Assembly (NCBI GenBank): GCA_051294375.1 | Contig: CM119268.1 | Span: forward strand, 8,427,008 to 8,491,007 | Length of the DNA: 64,000 nucleotides | From: Paraspadella gotoi | Taxonomy: Eukaryota; Animalia; Chaetognatha | Reading direction: 5' to 3' | Shown here: piece by piece, positions 12,174-26,865 of the stretch | Position numbering within the stretch: the stretch's first letter is position 1 | How the letters are laid out: the number at the start of each line of letters is the position of its first letter | Made by a program: the position numbers and the translations under genes | The notes under the pieces: generated by a model | Seen by the model: only the letters and a program-made list of their open reading frames with translations | Told to the model about the DNA's origin: nothing | The model's database searches: none

Positions 12174-14242
12174 TGTTGAGATTGAAAAAGGTTTAAGACT
12201 TACGGGAGAAAAGGGAGTAGAAACAAGAAAAGAACGGAGGCAGAGAAACTTAAGGGAATTAAAAAATTGGACTGAGCATCGATCGGAGTCTTGGTTGAAG
12301 CAGAAAGGAGAAAGAAGACCAATAGTAATTGCTAAAGAACAAAGAAAAAGAAGCGAAATAGAGAAAGAAATGCAAGTAAGAGAAAGAAAAGTTTTTTAGT
12401 ATGAATAGGCATTTAGAGAGACCAATAATGGGGATAAAGGATGAAGGAAGGGAGAGAGAGAGAGACGAGAGGAGCATGAAGACTTGGACGTGAAGAGAGT
12501 ATGGAGGGGAGAGAAGGGACGGGACGAACGAGAGAGGCAGAGATTTAAAGCGCGAGATGAAGTAGAGCTCAAAAAATAAAAAGTACGTCAACCGCGAATT
12601 CGTATTTCTCATCGATGAAAAAGCATAAAAAGCGATTTCAAATAACTTCACGGATTTGAAGAAAAATGGATCTATTCATAAAAAATACCATATTTTCCGT
12701 TAAGATTATTTGCTATATTCCCACCATGATTAAGAGAAAGAGAAAAACAGAGAGCACGATGAGAGAGAGCGAGGAGAGAGATGACTGCAGAGACGAGAAG
12801 AGAGAGGACAGAATATATGTATATAATCCCCATGTGCTTGACAGAAACCACATCAGGGTTCCGCCTCTGAGCCACGCTATCGCCTGTTGTCGACCGCCGT
12901 CTGCGATATACGATGTCACATATGACCTTTAACCACTTGACAATACGCGTATTTACTTTTGCCATATTCTATCGGGCCGCCTCACCAGCCTTTCGCCGGC
13001 CGTCGTTCTGGTCGCGGCGCTCTCTCTCCATTCGCCAGATGCCATTCTTAGCGGCTCGTCGAAACGGCGCTGTCCTGCTGCCATTCTTGAGACGGAGGGA
13101 TGAGCGGGAGAGCAAAGAAGATGAAGACCAGATAGACGAGATGATCGACCGAGACGAAGCAGAGGAGAGCATGCGATGAGAGACAAGTATATGTATCTCG
13201 AGAGAGAGAGAGACTAGGAGCATGAGAGAGAGGAGTATAAGAGAGAGAGAGAGAGAAATATATTCGCTTGCTGGATATTTATAATTATCACGTTCGCCGA
13301 ATAGGCATCTCCTTACGGAGTTGAGCCGCAAGTGGTGAACGGAGCGAAAGGCACAAGAGAGGAAAGAAAGACCGAGAGAAAGGAAAGAAAGTCTTAAGAA
13401 TAAAGTTACCAAAGAAAATCTAAAAGAGATTACAAAAAATTAATTTTGAAGCCATGAGGAGCACACAAGGAGCAAGAAAAAAAGACAGATCTAAAGGTGA
13501 GAAAAGTAGCAGAAAAGACTTCAGAGCAGAAAAAAAAAAAATTCTCCGATTAATCAACAGATCAGTGGTCCAGCTTCGCTCGCTAGAGGTCGGAATTGAG
13601 GTGATTTTAATTATACACAACTCCCCAAAACAAAGAACCAAAATATAAATAGCAGGGGAATCTCTCCACTCTTCTCTTTTCCCCTTATCCTTCGTTGCGC
13701 GATGGCTCCCTGCGTTGGTCAATGTCCCTATCCTCATGACATAGATTCACCGCTCCAGAAGGGCGCTCGCTTACTTGCGCTTCTTTATGAAATCCCAAAG
13801 GCCTCGCATCGACTTTGCAGCGTTATATTTTTCGCCGTTAAGGTTAGCTAAACTATATGAGCGTGTTGACCGCGCTAATGAATATCGTAATATATCCCAA
13901 ATTATACTTGTGCGCCGGCGCGCGAACCAAATTTAGAGGACCTCTTTTACTGGATAAATATAATATCAAAATAATTGCGTTGACGCTATTGTATCATATA
14001 CTAAATGTCTATTCATTTCTAGAGTAATAAAAGATAGAGACAAATCTTACAATCTTAACAAAAAGACATTTAAAAAAATAATTTTAAAATCTAAAATCCA
14101 AGTTTTTGTGACCCGGCGATCTTGAACAGCACGGAGAGTCATAAAGTTTCCTTAACTTACGATATTAGCGGCAAATTCCTTATTAGAGTTCGGCGGCTAT
14201 GAGTTTTATTTTATCAAATTTTCATGAAAAGTTACCTTAACC

Positions 14243-14322
14243 CTAAATAGCTAAATACTAAATACTAAATACTAAATACTACAATACTAAATACTACAAT
14301 ACTAATATACTACATACTAATA
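14243..14322. repeat. (AAATACT)n heptamer tandem repeat
   Basis: Directly visible; cleaner copy at ~27740-27832. Confidence 0.85.
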
Positions 14323-16072
14323 CGAACTCAATTCTGACAATTAATATAATACTTCCGGACAATTTGCGCCACGAGCAAATCGGCCGAAGTTCGGGAACGG
14401 AAACCGAATGATGACCTTACATATCTCCCAACTTCTGCTCGCTTCTAGAGACCTCTTGTCTGTTATCTCTTTTGGGAAGAATGAGAAGAGAGACGAGATA
14501 TGAGACGGCTGAGAGAGAAAGACGCGACGAGCACGCATTGATGATGATAAGATCATTACTAAAAAACGCCCCGGGCATGAGCGCAGAAACAGCCCCTTTA
14601 GCGGCACCTATTTGCGGGCCCTCCTAGGCGTCTCTATCGCCAAAATATAAAAACTTTCTGTGCGCCGGCCCCCGGCGGGATCTTACCGCTAACTAAACTT
14701 AAAATCTATCCCGATTTGTAACAAGTATCAATACATTTAATTTACAAAAATAAATACTAGGTATTTTACAAAAAAAATTACTAAAGCGCGCATATCCCTA
14801 AACTATGCACCAACTACATTAAAATATAATGCGAGAGAGACGAGATAGAGAAGAGCAGAGACCCTGAGAGCAGACCACTGTACAGAGACTGACGATCGAC
14901 GAGATGGAGACCGACCTAGACGAGAGAGAGCAGAGATTTGATTTGACTTTGAATTTTTATTCTGCTACATAATTGTTAATAAAACAAAATCTTACGAATC
15001 AACCAGGATTCGCTAACCCAGAGCCGCTACTATGGTAAAACTATACATTCATGTAAAAAAGATAAAATAACATAATAAAATTCATTAAATAAATATAATC
15101 AAAATAATCTCAAATTAAAAAGAACAAAATTTTCCTACTACAGATCATCTTAAGTTTATAGATGGAACCTTTTCCATATCATCCATTTTCAAATCGTCTA
15201 CCAATACTAATATGAGAGTATCTTAGATATAAATTTCCTCTGAATCTCGATTTTATTGTCGTCTTCTAGAAAGTTTTCATGTTTTTTCCATTCCTAACGC
15301 AATCAATTGAGACTCCATCATCGATATATATCACTGGTTCACAGATTGTCTCTTAAGATCTTTGAATGTCTCACACTCTAGCCCACTACCGTATTCCTCG
15401 CTATTCACAAAGAGAATCTGTGTCTTTGTCTTTGTGCATTATTTAGGTAGTCCTTGCAATGGCGTTCCTCTTTTGTAGTTCCTTTTTGTTACGAAGCAGT
15501 TATCTATGACTTGCATCTTAGTTTTAGCAGACCTGAGAGCAGGACGAATCTTCAAGGCCAAGCGCCTTGCGCTCACCCGTCTTTAGACATCCAGCGAAGT
15601 TTTACTTACCATAAGCTGGATGAGTAAAAGAGCGCGACGAAAAGAAAGATAGGAGCTGGCGAAGGTTACGAGAAATAAACTAAGGCGATGGAACTCGTAG
15701 TGAAGAAATAAATGTGTGAATAAAGCGCTGAGTCCGTGATATCCGGTGAAGTCCGGTGAAGGACCCAAGGAGCTGGTGATCTATTACGAGTGATGAGGCG
15801 AGAAGGAAGGGAAATATTTCTTTAGAGATTGCAGCGAGAAGAAAAACAAGAAGCTCGTTAATCATCCTTATCTCTCTATTTTCGTCGTCGTTGTCGTCTT
15901 TTTTCGTCGTTGTGTGCGTCGTCGTCTTTACTTTCGTCGTTGTCGTCCGTCCTTATCGTCGTTGGTCGATCACCCTTCTCTGGCAATTTCATTAGGTCAG
16001 GCACTTTTATTGCAGTTTTTTCATCTCTGGCAGTATTCTCTCTCTTTNNNNNNNNNNNNNNNNNNNNNNNNN

Positions 16073-16665
16073 GAGAGAGAGAGAGCTCAAAAATTAAAAG
16101 AGACGTCTAACCGGAATTCGTTATTTCTCTCGATTGAAAAAGCATAAAAGGATTCAATATCACGGATGAAGAAAAAGATATTCATAAAAAATACATATTT
16201 TCNNNNNNNNNNNNNNNNNNNNNNNNNNNNNNNNNNNNNNNNNNNNNNNNNNNNNNNNNNNNNNNNNNNNNNNNNNNNNNNNNNNNNNNNNNNNNNNNNN
16301 NNNNNNNNNNNNNNNNNNNNNNNNNNNNNNNNNNNNNNNNNNNNNNNNNNNNNNNNNNNNNNNNNNNNNNNNNNNNNNNNNNNNNNNNNNNNNNNNGCCT
16401 CATGGTGCTGACGTCTAGAATTGACGTCATCAAGCAGGGTTTCCCTCTGAGCCACGCGACGCCGTGTGACGCCGCGGAATAGATGTCACGATTATGACCT
16501 TTTACCACTTGACAACGCCGTATTTCTTTTGCCATTTCACGGCGCCAGCTTTTCGCGGCGTCGTCTGGTCGCGGCGCCGTTTCGCAGTTTCGCCATGATG
16601 CCATTCTTAGCCGGCGTCGAAAGGCGCCTGCTCCATTTTGAGACGGAGGGGAGGGGAGAAGAAAA
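16073..16665 (+). repeat. Re-copy of ~12520-13100 (contains a gap)
   Basis: Shared anchors such as GAGCTCAAAAA...GAAAAAGCATAAAA and TATGACCTTT...CCACTTGACAA; a third version lies at ~21970-22480. Confidence 0.85.
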
Positions 16666-16687
16666 AAAGAGAGAGATTACCGGGGGT

Positions 16688-17370
16688 CCGTCGTTCGTTA
16701 TCGTCGTCGTCACGGACGTCGTCGTCATTATCAAGAATACAAAAACACTCTATTTACTAACAACATGCGCGTTTCTCGAGCAATTTAATTAATTTCCGGT
16801 GACATTGAAAATCCTATTCATCGAAACATGTGCTCACAAAAGGCAGCCCGCTCTCTTCTCTTTTGTCACCACGGTGGCGATCGCAATCACAATTTCCGCG
16901 GCGCGAACTGTCCGCGAGATTGAAACATTTATGCAAGCGACGTCGCGTGACCTATTAATATCCATTACGAAGGCCAAAAGCCTTTTCAAAAGCTTTTCCT
17001 GTGACGATGAAGGGGGACGAGAGCGGGCGAGAGTCTTTTAATGAACGAATCGAAAAAATCCGGGAAACCGAGAATTTAAACTCGCGTAAAAATATATTAA
17101 AAGGTCGCGTGAAAAAAAAGGAGTGTCGTGTGGAAGGGTGAGGCGGAGTGAACTGGGTGGCGGGTACAAAAGTAACCAGGTCACGATCGGTCTGGTCGAG
17201 ACGGATCGGTGGCGCGAAATTTTGAATGGAAGAAAATGACGAAATGAGCAATATTAAACATTTAAAAAATATTAAAAATGTCAAAGTTAAAAGCTAGGCG
17301 AGAAATTTTGGGGAAGCGGTACGTATACAAGACGATAAATCTCTTGTGTGGTGTGTGTGTGTGTGAGTGT

Positions 17371-17437
<67 letters not shown>

Positions 17438-20341
17438 ATTTAGTAAAAGTTTAAAAGCTTGACTCAGTGGCGGTTAGCGAAAGATAGTCCCAACCATTCA
17501 AAGACCGGCGTCTTAAGAGGAGCCAAAAATGAAGGGAATTCTAGTGGGTTGAGTAAGGCCGTTACGGAGGAATCTTGCGGGTGAGTTGACGTAACTGGGG
17601 TAAAAACGACTTGAACTAGTAGGTTCTTGCATAAAGATGCCTTGAATGCGCAGGAAGCACGATAACCATCAACGTTTGAAATAGTCTTGCGTGAAAAGAT
17701 TACTCGCCCGGCGATGAGGTTGAAGAGTGCAACGTTCGCACGTGAGCTTTGCGCGTGCGCGACTTAAATTCGCGCAACGGAAAACTCGAGTCGAGTTAAC
17801 GAGGGTTAATTTTGGGGCGGTGAGCCATTTTGAGAATGAAGTTGAGCGACGCGGATCCAGAGTTCGTACATTTGCTTACGATTTTCTTTTTTCTTGTGCG
17901 ACAAAACTGAAAGGTGAATCGTAGGAATCGCTCACGCGTTGACTCGTTGTTTGTGAAAGAAAGCGATTGTGACTCCGATACATCATTTTCTTTTTGTCGT
18001 TTCGTTATTATGTTTTTCTCAATTCCCTTTTTATGACGCAGCTGACGTTAGACGAGAAATCGGATGACGGTTGAAGGGAAGTGCAGAAGGGGAAAGGGAT
18101 TAGAAATGGGACGGGAATTTAAAATGGTGCGGGAATGAAATTGGGACGGGATTAAATGGGGACGGGATATGAAATGGGGACGGGAATGAAATGGGGACGG
18201 GGAATGAAAAGGGATCGGGGAATGAAATCAGGGACGGGGATAAAATGGACGGGAATGAAATGGGGACGGGGAATGAAATGGGGCGGGGATTAAAATGGGA
18301 CGGGGAAAAGAAATAGGGACGGGGAATGAAATGGGGACGGGAATGAATGGGAGAACGGGGAATGAATGGGGAGACAGGGAATGAAATGGGGGACGGGATT
18401 ACACTGGGGACGGGAATGAAAATGGAGACGGGGATTAAAAATGGGACGGGAATGAATGGGACGGGGAATGAAAGGGACGGGGATTATAAATGGGGACGGG
18501 AATGAAATGGGGCCGAAAACGGGGAACGGAGATCGATGGACAGCAGCTTGCCGAAACAGATACTGACATGGATAAGAATGAAAGAAAAATGAAAGGGACG
18601 ATGCGAGAGCGGGAATTTTAAGGCGAGGGATTGATATGCTGAGGTGAGAAGAGAAGTGAACGTAATGGTTGCTAGGGTAAGTTAGGTAAGGCCTAATGGA
18701 AAAACAATTGGAAAGTGTTTCCTTTCTCAAAAGGGTCAGCGCTTCAAAACAGTATTTTCGACCATCGACTCAGATTTATTGGCAGCAAATCGCGGGTAGC
18801 GAAAATTGAAAGAAAGAGCTGTGTGATCGCGGAAATACGGGAAAGGAAGTGAGATTATGCGATTGATGTCAACGACCGCTTGGAAAAGATCAGGTGGTAA
18901 AGTTGCAAAGCTGCGACTTAAAAAGATTCGAATCAAACGGAGTTTAAATGTGAAGTAAAGGACAAAGAACGGAAATTTTTTTTTTTATGACTTTAGAAAT
19001 AAAAAAAAAATCTTTGCTTAAGTTCGATATATTTCACGTCAAATTCAAACTGGATTCGAAGAGAAGATTTTGAACTGTCGAAACGAGTATAAACAGAAGA
19101 GATAAAAAACTCCGATCTTTCGAATAAAAGGATGTTTTCACTAAAAAAAAAAAATATTGGAAAAAATTAATTTGTTTGTGAAGGGAAACAGAAATTTAAT
19201 TCTCAAAGACGGATGGCGAACCAAGACCCAATGGCGACCGACGGCGGCGGCATATAGACAACAACGCCGCTACGACGACGACGACGACGACGGGAACAGC
19301 TACGACGACATCCAACGACGATAACGACGCTTGTTGCCGGAAGTTGAAAAACTTGTGAGATTCTTTAATTCATGTCGTTATATTGAAATTGCTTCGCACG
19401 GATGTCTTGCGGAGAAATCGAATTGGACCATCTAGTTTCGAGTTTGGATTTGTGTGATGATAGTGGATTGAGTTTTTAGCGTTTTGATAGTATAGATAAG
19501 ATAGATAGATAGATAGATATATACTGATAGACTAGATTAGGATAGATAGATAGATAGCACTAGATAGATAGATATGATAGATTAGATATATAGTTAGATA
19601 GTACCGTCCGTCCGTCCATTTACTGAAATTAACCATTCATATCTGTTTTTAGTGCAGAAATGAGAAGAGAGAAGAGAGACAGAGTAGAGAGAGATGAGAG
19701 AAAGAGAGAGAGGAAGAGAGAGAGAGAGGAGAGAGAGAGAGATGGAGAGAGAGCGAGAGAAGAAGAGAGAGAAATAATAATTATCTGTTTTCACTTATTT
19801 TTTTTCTTCTTCTATACTTTTATTCTCCCTTTCTTATTTTCTTCTCTATTTTATCCTCCTCATTATCTTTTCTCTTTCCTTCTTCCTTTACTCTCGTTCT
19901 GTAAACCTCGTCATTAGAATCGATAATGGTGGGATTATCCTGAGGATCGTGACGTCAATTCTCGAGAAAAACTACGAGTTCCAAATCTGAGAAAAAATCG
20001 TATAAAAGAGAGAAGGGAGAAAAAAACATGAAACATAAAAACGAAGGGAGAATGTTAATTTAACGAATGAAAAAAAAAATTTTTGAATGTCTGGGCCTAA
20101 AATAAAAAAAAAGGAATAAACCTTCGGATAAAATGTAATGGGTTTTTTTTCCAGAAGATTCTTATACCAGCGAAGAAAAGAACGTGTGTGAGCGAGGGAA
20201 GAAAAAATATCCGAGCTCGTAATATGGGGTGGAGAAGAGGAGGAAGAGGAGGAGGAAAAGAAAAAGGAAGGGGCTTGGTAAGCAGAAAGGGGTCAAGAGA
20301 AGGAGGGACCGACGAGGGCTTGAAAGAGAGAGAGAGAACGA

Positions 20342-20393
<52 letters not shown>

Positions 20394-21882
20394 AAAAAAA
20401 AAGATTTAACGGATGGACATTTTTTATTTACACTTTAGCTTTAAAACAAGAACGTAATTCAATACGTTGCGATGCAGTGACTTTCTTTTCCAGTGTATTT
20501 ATGACACGCATTGCATCGGAAATCTTGTCTTTATTCGTTAGTTGTAGGATTTCCTGAGGCAGCGCTAGCAGTCCCTTAGGCTTCAGGTTTTTCCTGTCTT
20601 AACCAATGAGCGATCAACCATAGACGATATATGCATTTTTAATGTAACTGGACAAGAGCGGACGGACAGACAGTGACCGACCGACAGGACGATAGACCGA
20701 CCGAAAAAGTGGAGAAGAGTTTGGCTCCGCGAATACCGCCGCGAATTAAAAAGTTTCATGAAAGATCGAGATAAAAAGATAGAAATAAGGAACGGTTAGT
20801 TTCAGAGGTGTGTGTCGGCTGCATTACGTTCCTTTACTTATCATCGTCATTTATTCCTTGATATTGTTTTGGGTAGGAACTGGATGGATTAACCTTCTTT
20901 TGCGTTGTTGAGTTTGATGAGTAGGAAAAAACCGCAAGTTAAGTGATATTTTTATACAACGGATTTAATAGATAGCAAAAATTATTAACATTTTTTTTCT
21001 ATGTAAAGTAGTTTCTTAGAAACAAAAGGCGGCGCCAGTTATGTTCTACTTTGAGAGTGATTTTTAACGAAATTGAGCAACAAGACGTAGTCAGTGTGAT
21101 AAGCATTTTAACATGAAAGTAGGAGCTAGTTCAGCGTGTTCGAGGAGTCAGACTACTTGGAGTCGTGTGTGAGCCGACCTTCTAATATGCTTGTATGGTT
21201 GTACTGCGATGCTCGTATTTGGTTTTGTTGTTGTGTGGTGTTCTTGGTTTTTTTTTTTGTTTTTTTTTTTTTTTTTTTTGTTCTTTTTGTTTTTTCTTCT
21301 GTTTTTTTGTGAAAAGGTGACTGAGGGGTGTCTCCGTAGTTGTGTATTCGTTTGCTTTTTTTTGCGTTGGTCGGTCTATGTTTTATTTTTCTCGTATTAT
21401 GTGGGAGTATGGAATTTAATATATTGTGTAGATGTATCTGTTTATTTCTGGTAGGAAATTTGGATGTTATGATTATATCTATAGAAAAGTATATATGTGT
21501 AGTTTGCAGTGAGAAGATCTTGTTATGATGTGGAATGAAAAAAGGGAGTGTTGCTTGGTTTTTAGTGCAGCGATCTGGAGTCTTGCGCTTTTTTGTTTTT
21601 TTGGTGTGTTGGGAAGCGTAGAATGAGGAGAAAGGAAAGGTTTGTATTTTTGTCTTATATATTGTGTTATATTTTTTGTGTTTGTCTAAAGGAACTTCTT
21701 ATATGTAGGAATAAGTATAGGATTAAGTTATTATTTTGAAATTTGTTATATGATGTGATATTGGTAGTTTTATTTATTTTTTATATGGTATGATAGATTG
21801 TGTGGTTGGCGTGATTGAAGGTAGAGGATGAGAGCAATAAGGGGGGAAAAGGAGGCGGGGAAGAGGAGAGATGATGGAGAGA

Positions 21883-21915
<33 letters not shown>

Positions 21916-21929
21916 GAGAAGAGATAGTT

Positions 21930-21962
<33 letters not shown>

Positions 21963-22136
21963 AGAGAGAGCGAGAGAGCTCAAAAAGGAAAGAGATCCGA
22001 AACTTGAAGTCGTTATTCTCTCGATGAAAAAAGCATAAAAGGATTCAAGTATCACGGATGAAGAAAAAGAATTCATGAAAAAAATACATATTTTCGAGTT
22101 AGGATTTGCTAATTTCACCAGATTAAAGAGAAAGAG

Positions 22137-22185
<49 letters not shown>

Positions 22186-22480
22186 CGAGAGAGAGAAGAG
22201 AGAGTAGAAAGCGCGCCTCATGGTGCTGAGTCCTAGATTGACGGTATCAAGCAGGGTTTCCCTCTGAGCACGCCGGACGCGTGTGACCGCCGGCGGAATA
22301 TGATGTCACATATGACCTTTACCACTCTGACAACGTCCGTATTTCTTCGTGCATTTCACAGAGGCGCCAGCTTTTTCGCGGCGTCGTCTGGTCGCGGCGC
22401 ACGTTTCGCGTTTCGCCATGATGCCATTCTTTTAGCGCGTCGAAAGGCTGCCTAGCTCCATATTTGAGACGAGGGGAGGG
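16688..22480 (+). repeat. Indel-rich copy of ~6636-13100 (probable raw long-read gap fill)
   Basis: Colinear throughout, with dense single-base indels and broken microsatellites; collapses into very low quality at ~21150-21800. Confidence 0.9.
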
Positions 22481-24265
22481 GTAGGGACGGAAGCGCGTGA
22501 GGAACAGAGCCAGAGGTTTTAGTCGGATCTGCTATCAGAGATCCGACTCTATAATCACTTTTTATAACCTCACTTTTTCGGTCCGTCGTCGCCCCCTCAA
22601 TATTGTCGGGCACACACTTATATCAAATGTCAGAACATGAATTATGATAAATTAAGCAAAAAAAACTGATGTCCTCCGTCCGTCTTGTCTGTCCGTCCGT
22701 CCGTCCGTCGTCCCTGCCGTCGTCCGTCCGTCCGTCCGTCGTCCATTCCGCAAAAAGCACCAATTACTCGTGATTTGGATGGATGGATTTAAATGAAATT
22801 TTTGTGTGTGAATAGGTAAGCTGGTGATTGATGCTGGATATTAAGTTTCGATGGAATCGTCCGAGTGGAAATGAGTTTTAATGGAAAAAACAAAAAAAAT
22901 ATATTCACTATTTGAACCCAATTGCTCATGAGTGGATGGGCTGGATTGACCTGGATTTTGTATGTATGGGTAGGAAGTGTGTGATTTGAACAGGACAATC
23001 AAACGTTTCGATGGAATAGTTTAGTGAAATGAGTTTATAATGGAAAAGAAAACAAAGAAAAGCCTGTTTTTACTAATTGATGTCATGCTTCTTTTTCCTT
23101 TTATGATTAAATGTATCTGCAGGATGTATTGAATAAATCAAAGATAATTAATCAGTTAATTAATCAATTAGTAAATAAATTAATCAATAATTAATTATAT
23201 TAGCTCCAATACAATCCGTCATCCGTCCACATCTTAGCAAAAAGCTCCAATTATACTCGTGATTGGCCTGGTTGGATTGGAATAAATGTTTGTGTGCTGG
23301 GTAGGCAAAGTGTGTGATAAGTCTGATATAAATTTCGATGGACTCAGTGTGAGTGGAAATTAGTTTAATGGAAAAAAAACATAAGTGTCGAGATTTAACT
23401 GAAAAATCTTTTTTACTTATTTTAACACCAATAAATATCTATTTAATCATAATTTGGATGGATGATTGAGTTGAATCTTTGTGTGTGGGTGAATAACGTA
23501 TGACGAAGCCTTGATCAGTAAAGTGTCAGTGGAAACGTACCAGTGGAAATGAGTTTAAATGAAAAAGATATAGTCTACATTTAACTTGAATATCTTTTAT
23601 TTATTTTAACCCATGGATGAGATTGAGATGATAATTTGTGAGCCGGTAGGAAAGTGAGTGAAGAAGCTACCGATATAAGTTTTGACGGAATGCAAGTTGA
23701 AAAAATCTATGCAGCTTGAAAATTATGCCAAGTTGAGAAAAATGATGCAAGTTAAAAAAATCTTAAAAGCATAAGGATGCGTCGCTATTGCGTATAAAAA
23801 GAAGAGAGATGAGAGAGAGAGAAAGAGAGAGTGAGAGAGAGAGAGAGAGTGAGAGAGAAAGAGAGAGAGAGAGAGTGAGAAGAGAAGAGAGAGAGAAGGA
23901 AGACATAGAAAAAAAATAAAAAATCTGTAAAAGACTCAGATTCGAAGCCAGAGCCACTATCATAGAAAAAATTAATGGAAAAAACGCGGGAAGAACCCGA
24001 AATGAATGAATGCGATACGAAATTGTTGATGTATCTAGTAATTGATTGGAGTAATCTAAATTGATTGATGTAATAGTAATTTATTGATGTAATACGGAAT
24101 GAATTATTTATTTCGATGATAATTCAATTAAATTGATCGATGATAGTCATCACTGCTGTGATGATAGTCATTTCTAGTGATGCGATGATTGTCTTCATTT
24201 GATTGCGATGATTGTCATTATATGATGGCGGATGAGTAGTCATAAACAACAAATGCGTATGAGTG

Positions 24266-24299
<34 letters not shown>

Positions 24300-24343
<44 letters not shown>

Positions 24344-24800
24344 AAGAGATCGAGAGAGAGAAAGAGAGAGAGAGCGAGAGAGAGAGGAGAACATAAAATA
24401 AAAAAAATCTTAAAAGACTCAGAATTCGATGCAGAGCCGCCTATCATCAAGAAAATTAATGAAAGAAAACCGGGAAAAAAACGAATGAATCAGTGCGATA
24501 CGAATCGTTGATGTATAGTAATTCTGAATTGAGGTAATACTAATGATTTGAATGTAATAGTAAATTAATTCGATGTAATAGGAATTGATTATTTATTCGA
24601 TGATAATCAATTATTGATGCGATGATAGTTGCATGTCACTGCTGTGATGAAAGTCATAGTGATGCGAGTGATTGTGCCATTCAGATTGATGCGATTGATT
24701 GTCATTCATTGATAGCGATGATAGTCGAATAAACAATACAAATGCGTCGTATGAGTGAAAGAAGAGAGAGAAGAGAGAGAGAGTAGAGAGCGAGAGAGGA
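24300..24800 (+). repeat. Tandem noisy copy of ~23790-24300
   Basis: Same order of (AG)n, GACTCAGA..TTCGA..GCC.CTATCAT and a GAT/AAT-rich tract. Confidence 0.85.
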
Positions 24801-25415
24801 GAGAGAGAGAGAGAGAGAGAAAGAAAGAGAGAGAGAAGAGAAAGAGAGAGATTGTAGAGATTGTATGTTAAATGATTAAGAGAATATAATCTCACGAATT
24901 ATATTGTGTTTTATATTTATTGTGTATTTGTTTTGTATTAATATTATATGCGCGGAAATAAGGCTAATTATATTATATTAAGTTTTAATTATTATTAATA
25001 TTATATATTATTATATCAGAATTTTTCTTATACAAATCTATATATTCGTATGTATGAACAGACACACACAGAGAGACAGAGTAGACAGAGAGATAGAGAT
25101 GATATAAAGAGAGAGAGTAGAGAGACTTATTGCGCTGCAGTATGATATATAGAGATTAAGAGAAGCGTGTATATATTAATTAATTAAATAGAGAGAGAGA
25201 GAGAGAAGCTCTTATCTAGTCTTCTTTTATTCTTTCGTTATAGATACAAGTACGTATGGCGCTGCCCGTAAGCGTGATGCCTAGTTCCTATCTTCTATAT
25301 TTAGTGTATTTTTCGGTTCGTCGCCCTGTTCGCGGGCAATTTCTTGTTTTTTCATTATGAATATCTATTATTATTTAAAAAATCTTTTTAAAAAATAAAG
25401 GAGAGAGAGAGGCAG

Positions 25416-25446
<31 letters not shown>

Positions 25447-25564
25447 AGAAGGCTGACAGATCGCTGCAGACGGATATTTTTTTTTCTCGTTTTAGAAGAA
25501 GCAGTGACTCGGAGAAAAGAAGAAAGAGAGAGGACATCACTAATCTAAAACGTTTTTGTTTTGT

Positions 25565-25890
25565 AATAAACACTAAACAAATCAATCCAATATTGAATAC
25601 TGAATACGATGAGAATTTTAAGATCTGATGATTGAAGCTCATATATGAAAATGCACTCTCCTATGAAATCGACGACTTCAGAAGCCATGATTGTCAAAAA
25701 AGCGAGACCGGAAGCTAAACCGAAAAAAAATCTAGATCAGGAACGGGCTTTTTGCCGCCTGGCTCGATGAATGAGAGGATATTATGGTTTGTTTTGATAA
25801 AATGTTATAACAAAAACCATTAATAACTGTCTGACTCAAATTTTAAGGACACTCGATGATGGACAATGCTGAACTATAAATATAACTTAA
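25565..25890 (+). mobile_element. Probable Penelope-like element 3' fragment (GIY-YIG C-terminus plus hammerhead-like remnant)
   Basis: Frameshifted DENFKI... (25608) and EAMIVKKARPE-LNRK (25681-25728) fit the FxIL...ExxxIxxxxPxLN end of the PLE endonuclease. CTCGATGATGGACAATGCTGAAC at 25852 resembles a noisy CTGATGA..GAAAC. Confidence 0.45.
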
Positions 25891-26768
25891 TGCTTTAATT
25901 AAAAAATTAAGTTAATCTATATAATTAATTAATTAATTTCTAGTTAATAATTTAATTAATTAATCAATTGAATTAATTTAATTATCGTAGGCCAGATCCG
26001 ACTTGTTTGCTCCATCAATACTTTGTTTAATATATTCTTATGACCGGCTAAAGGTAGATAATGATGGCAATATTGTTATATATTAAGTTTTCAAAAAAAT
26101 CCTACCTATAAATATAGAAAATAGTAACCAAATATTCGGAAAATTTGCCCCTTCTTTGGAAGATTTCGCCATATAATGATTTTCCCGAAATCTGACATAC
26201 CGGTCTCGAACTCTAGAGGTTTGATTCGTTAGCTTCTGCTTTAACATCTCAACCACCTTTAAATAAAAATTATCACAAAATTGGACTAATTCACTTTCCC
26301 ATATCGTATCATATTCAAAATAACTAAATAAGAAATGTAAAGATAAAATTTTGAGAAGCCTTAGACATAATGGCTATCGGATTCCTGAATTTGGAAAGTT
26401 TATTGTAAAATCACAACTTATGTTAAATAGCGTTGACATTGGTATTGAGTTGAGTTAAAAATGCCCTTATTTATATATAAAAATTGCGATAGAAAATATT
26501 TTCCCGAGGGACCAGTCATTGAAACTGGATGGTTTTATATCAAGATTGATGGCTATTTGTTAGAGAAAAAAATCGCGAGCCCTTCAAGATGTAACAGGAT
26601 CGAACGAGTGTTTTTTTACATCTATTTTTTACCTGAACTTTTTCCCAGGGGCCGTTGACATATTGGTATCAGATTTTAACGAAATATCTCCATTGAAAAA
26701 GTCCTTCCCTCGATTTCTAAGAACGACGTAGAACTCCTAGAGGGGAGAGAAGATGAATGAAGAGAGAG

Positions 26769-26807
<39 letters not shown>

Positions 26808-26865
26808 GAGAGAGAGAGAGAGAGGAGAGAGAGAGACGAANNNNNNNNNNNNNNNNNNNNNNNNN

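Larger units (their letters stand above)
22517..26008 (+). mobile_element. Helentron-associated (HINE/DINE-1-like) element with internal tandem repeats and nested sequence
   Basis: TTTT + hairpin AGTCGGATCT(8 nt)AGATCCGACT + CTATA. (GTCC)n at ~22675-22745. Repeated core GGATGGATT..ATGAAATTTTTGTGTG at ~22740-23700. Far end AGATCCGACTTGTTT at 25994-26008 repeats the subterminal motif. Confidence 0.65.

Noticed and set aside
13695-13825. Exon-like segment ending GACTTTGCAG (copy at ~27245-27360)
   Set aside because: Both versions are too indel-ridden to assign a frame or product.
21150-21800. Abrupt T/G-rich compositional island as foreign DNA
   Set aside because: Residual anchors match ~12150-12480, so it is a low-quality stretch of the re-copied read.
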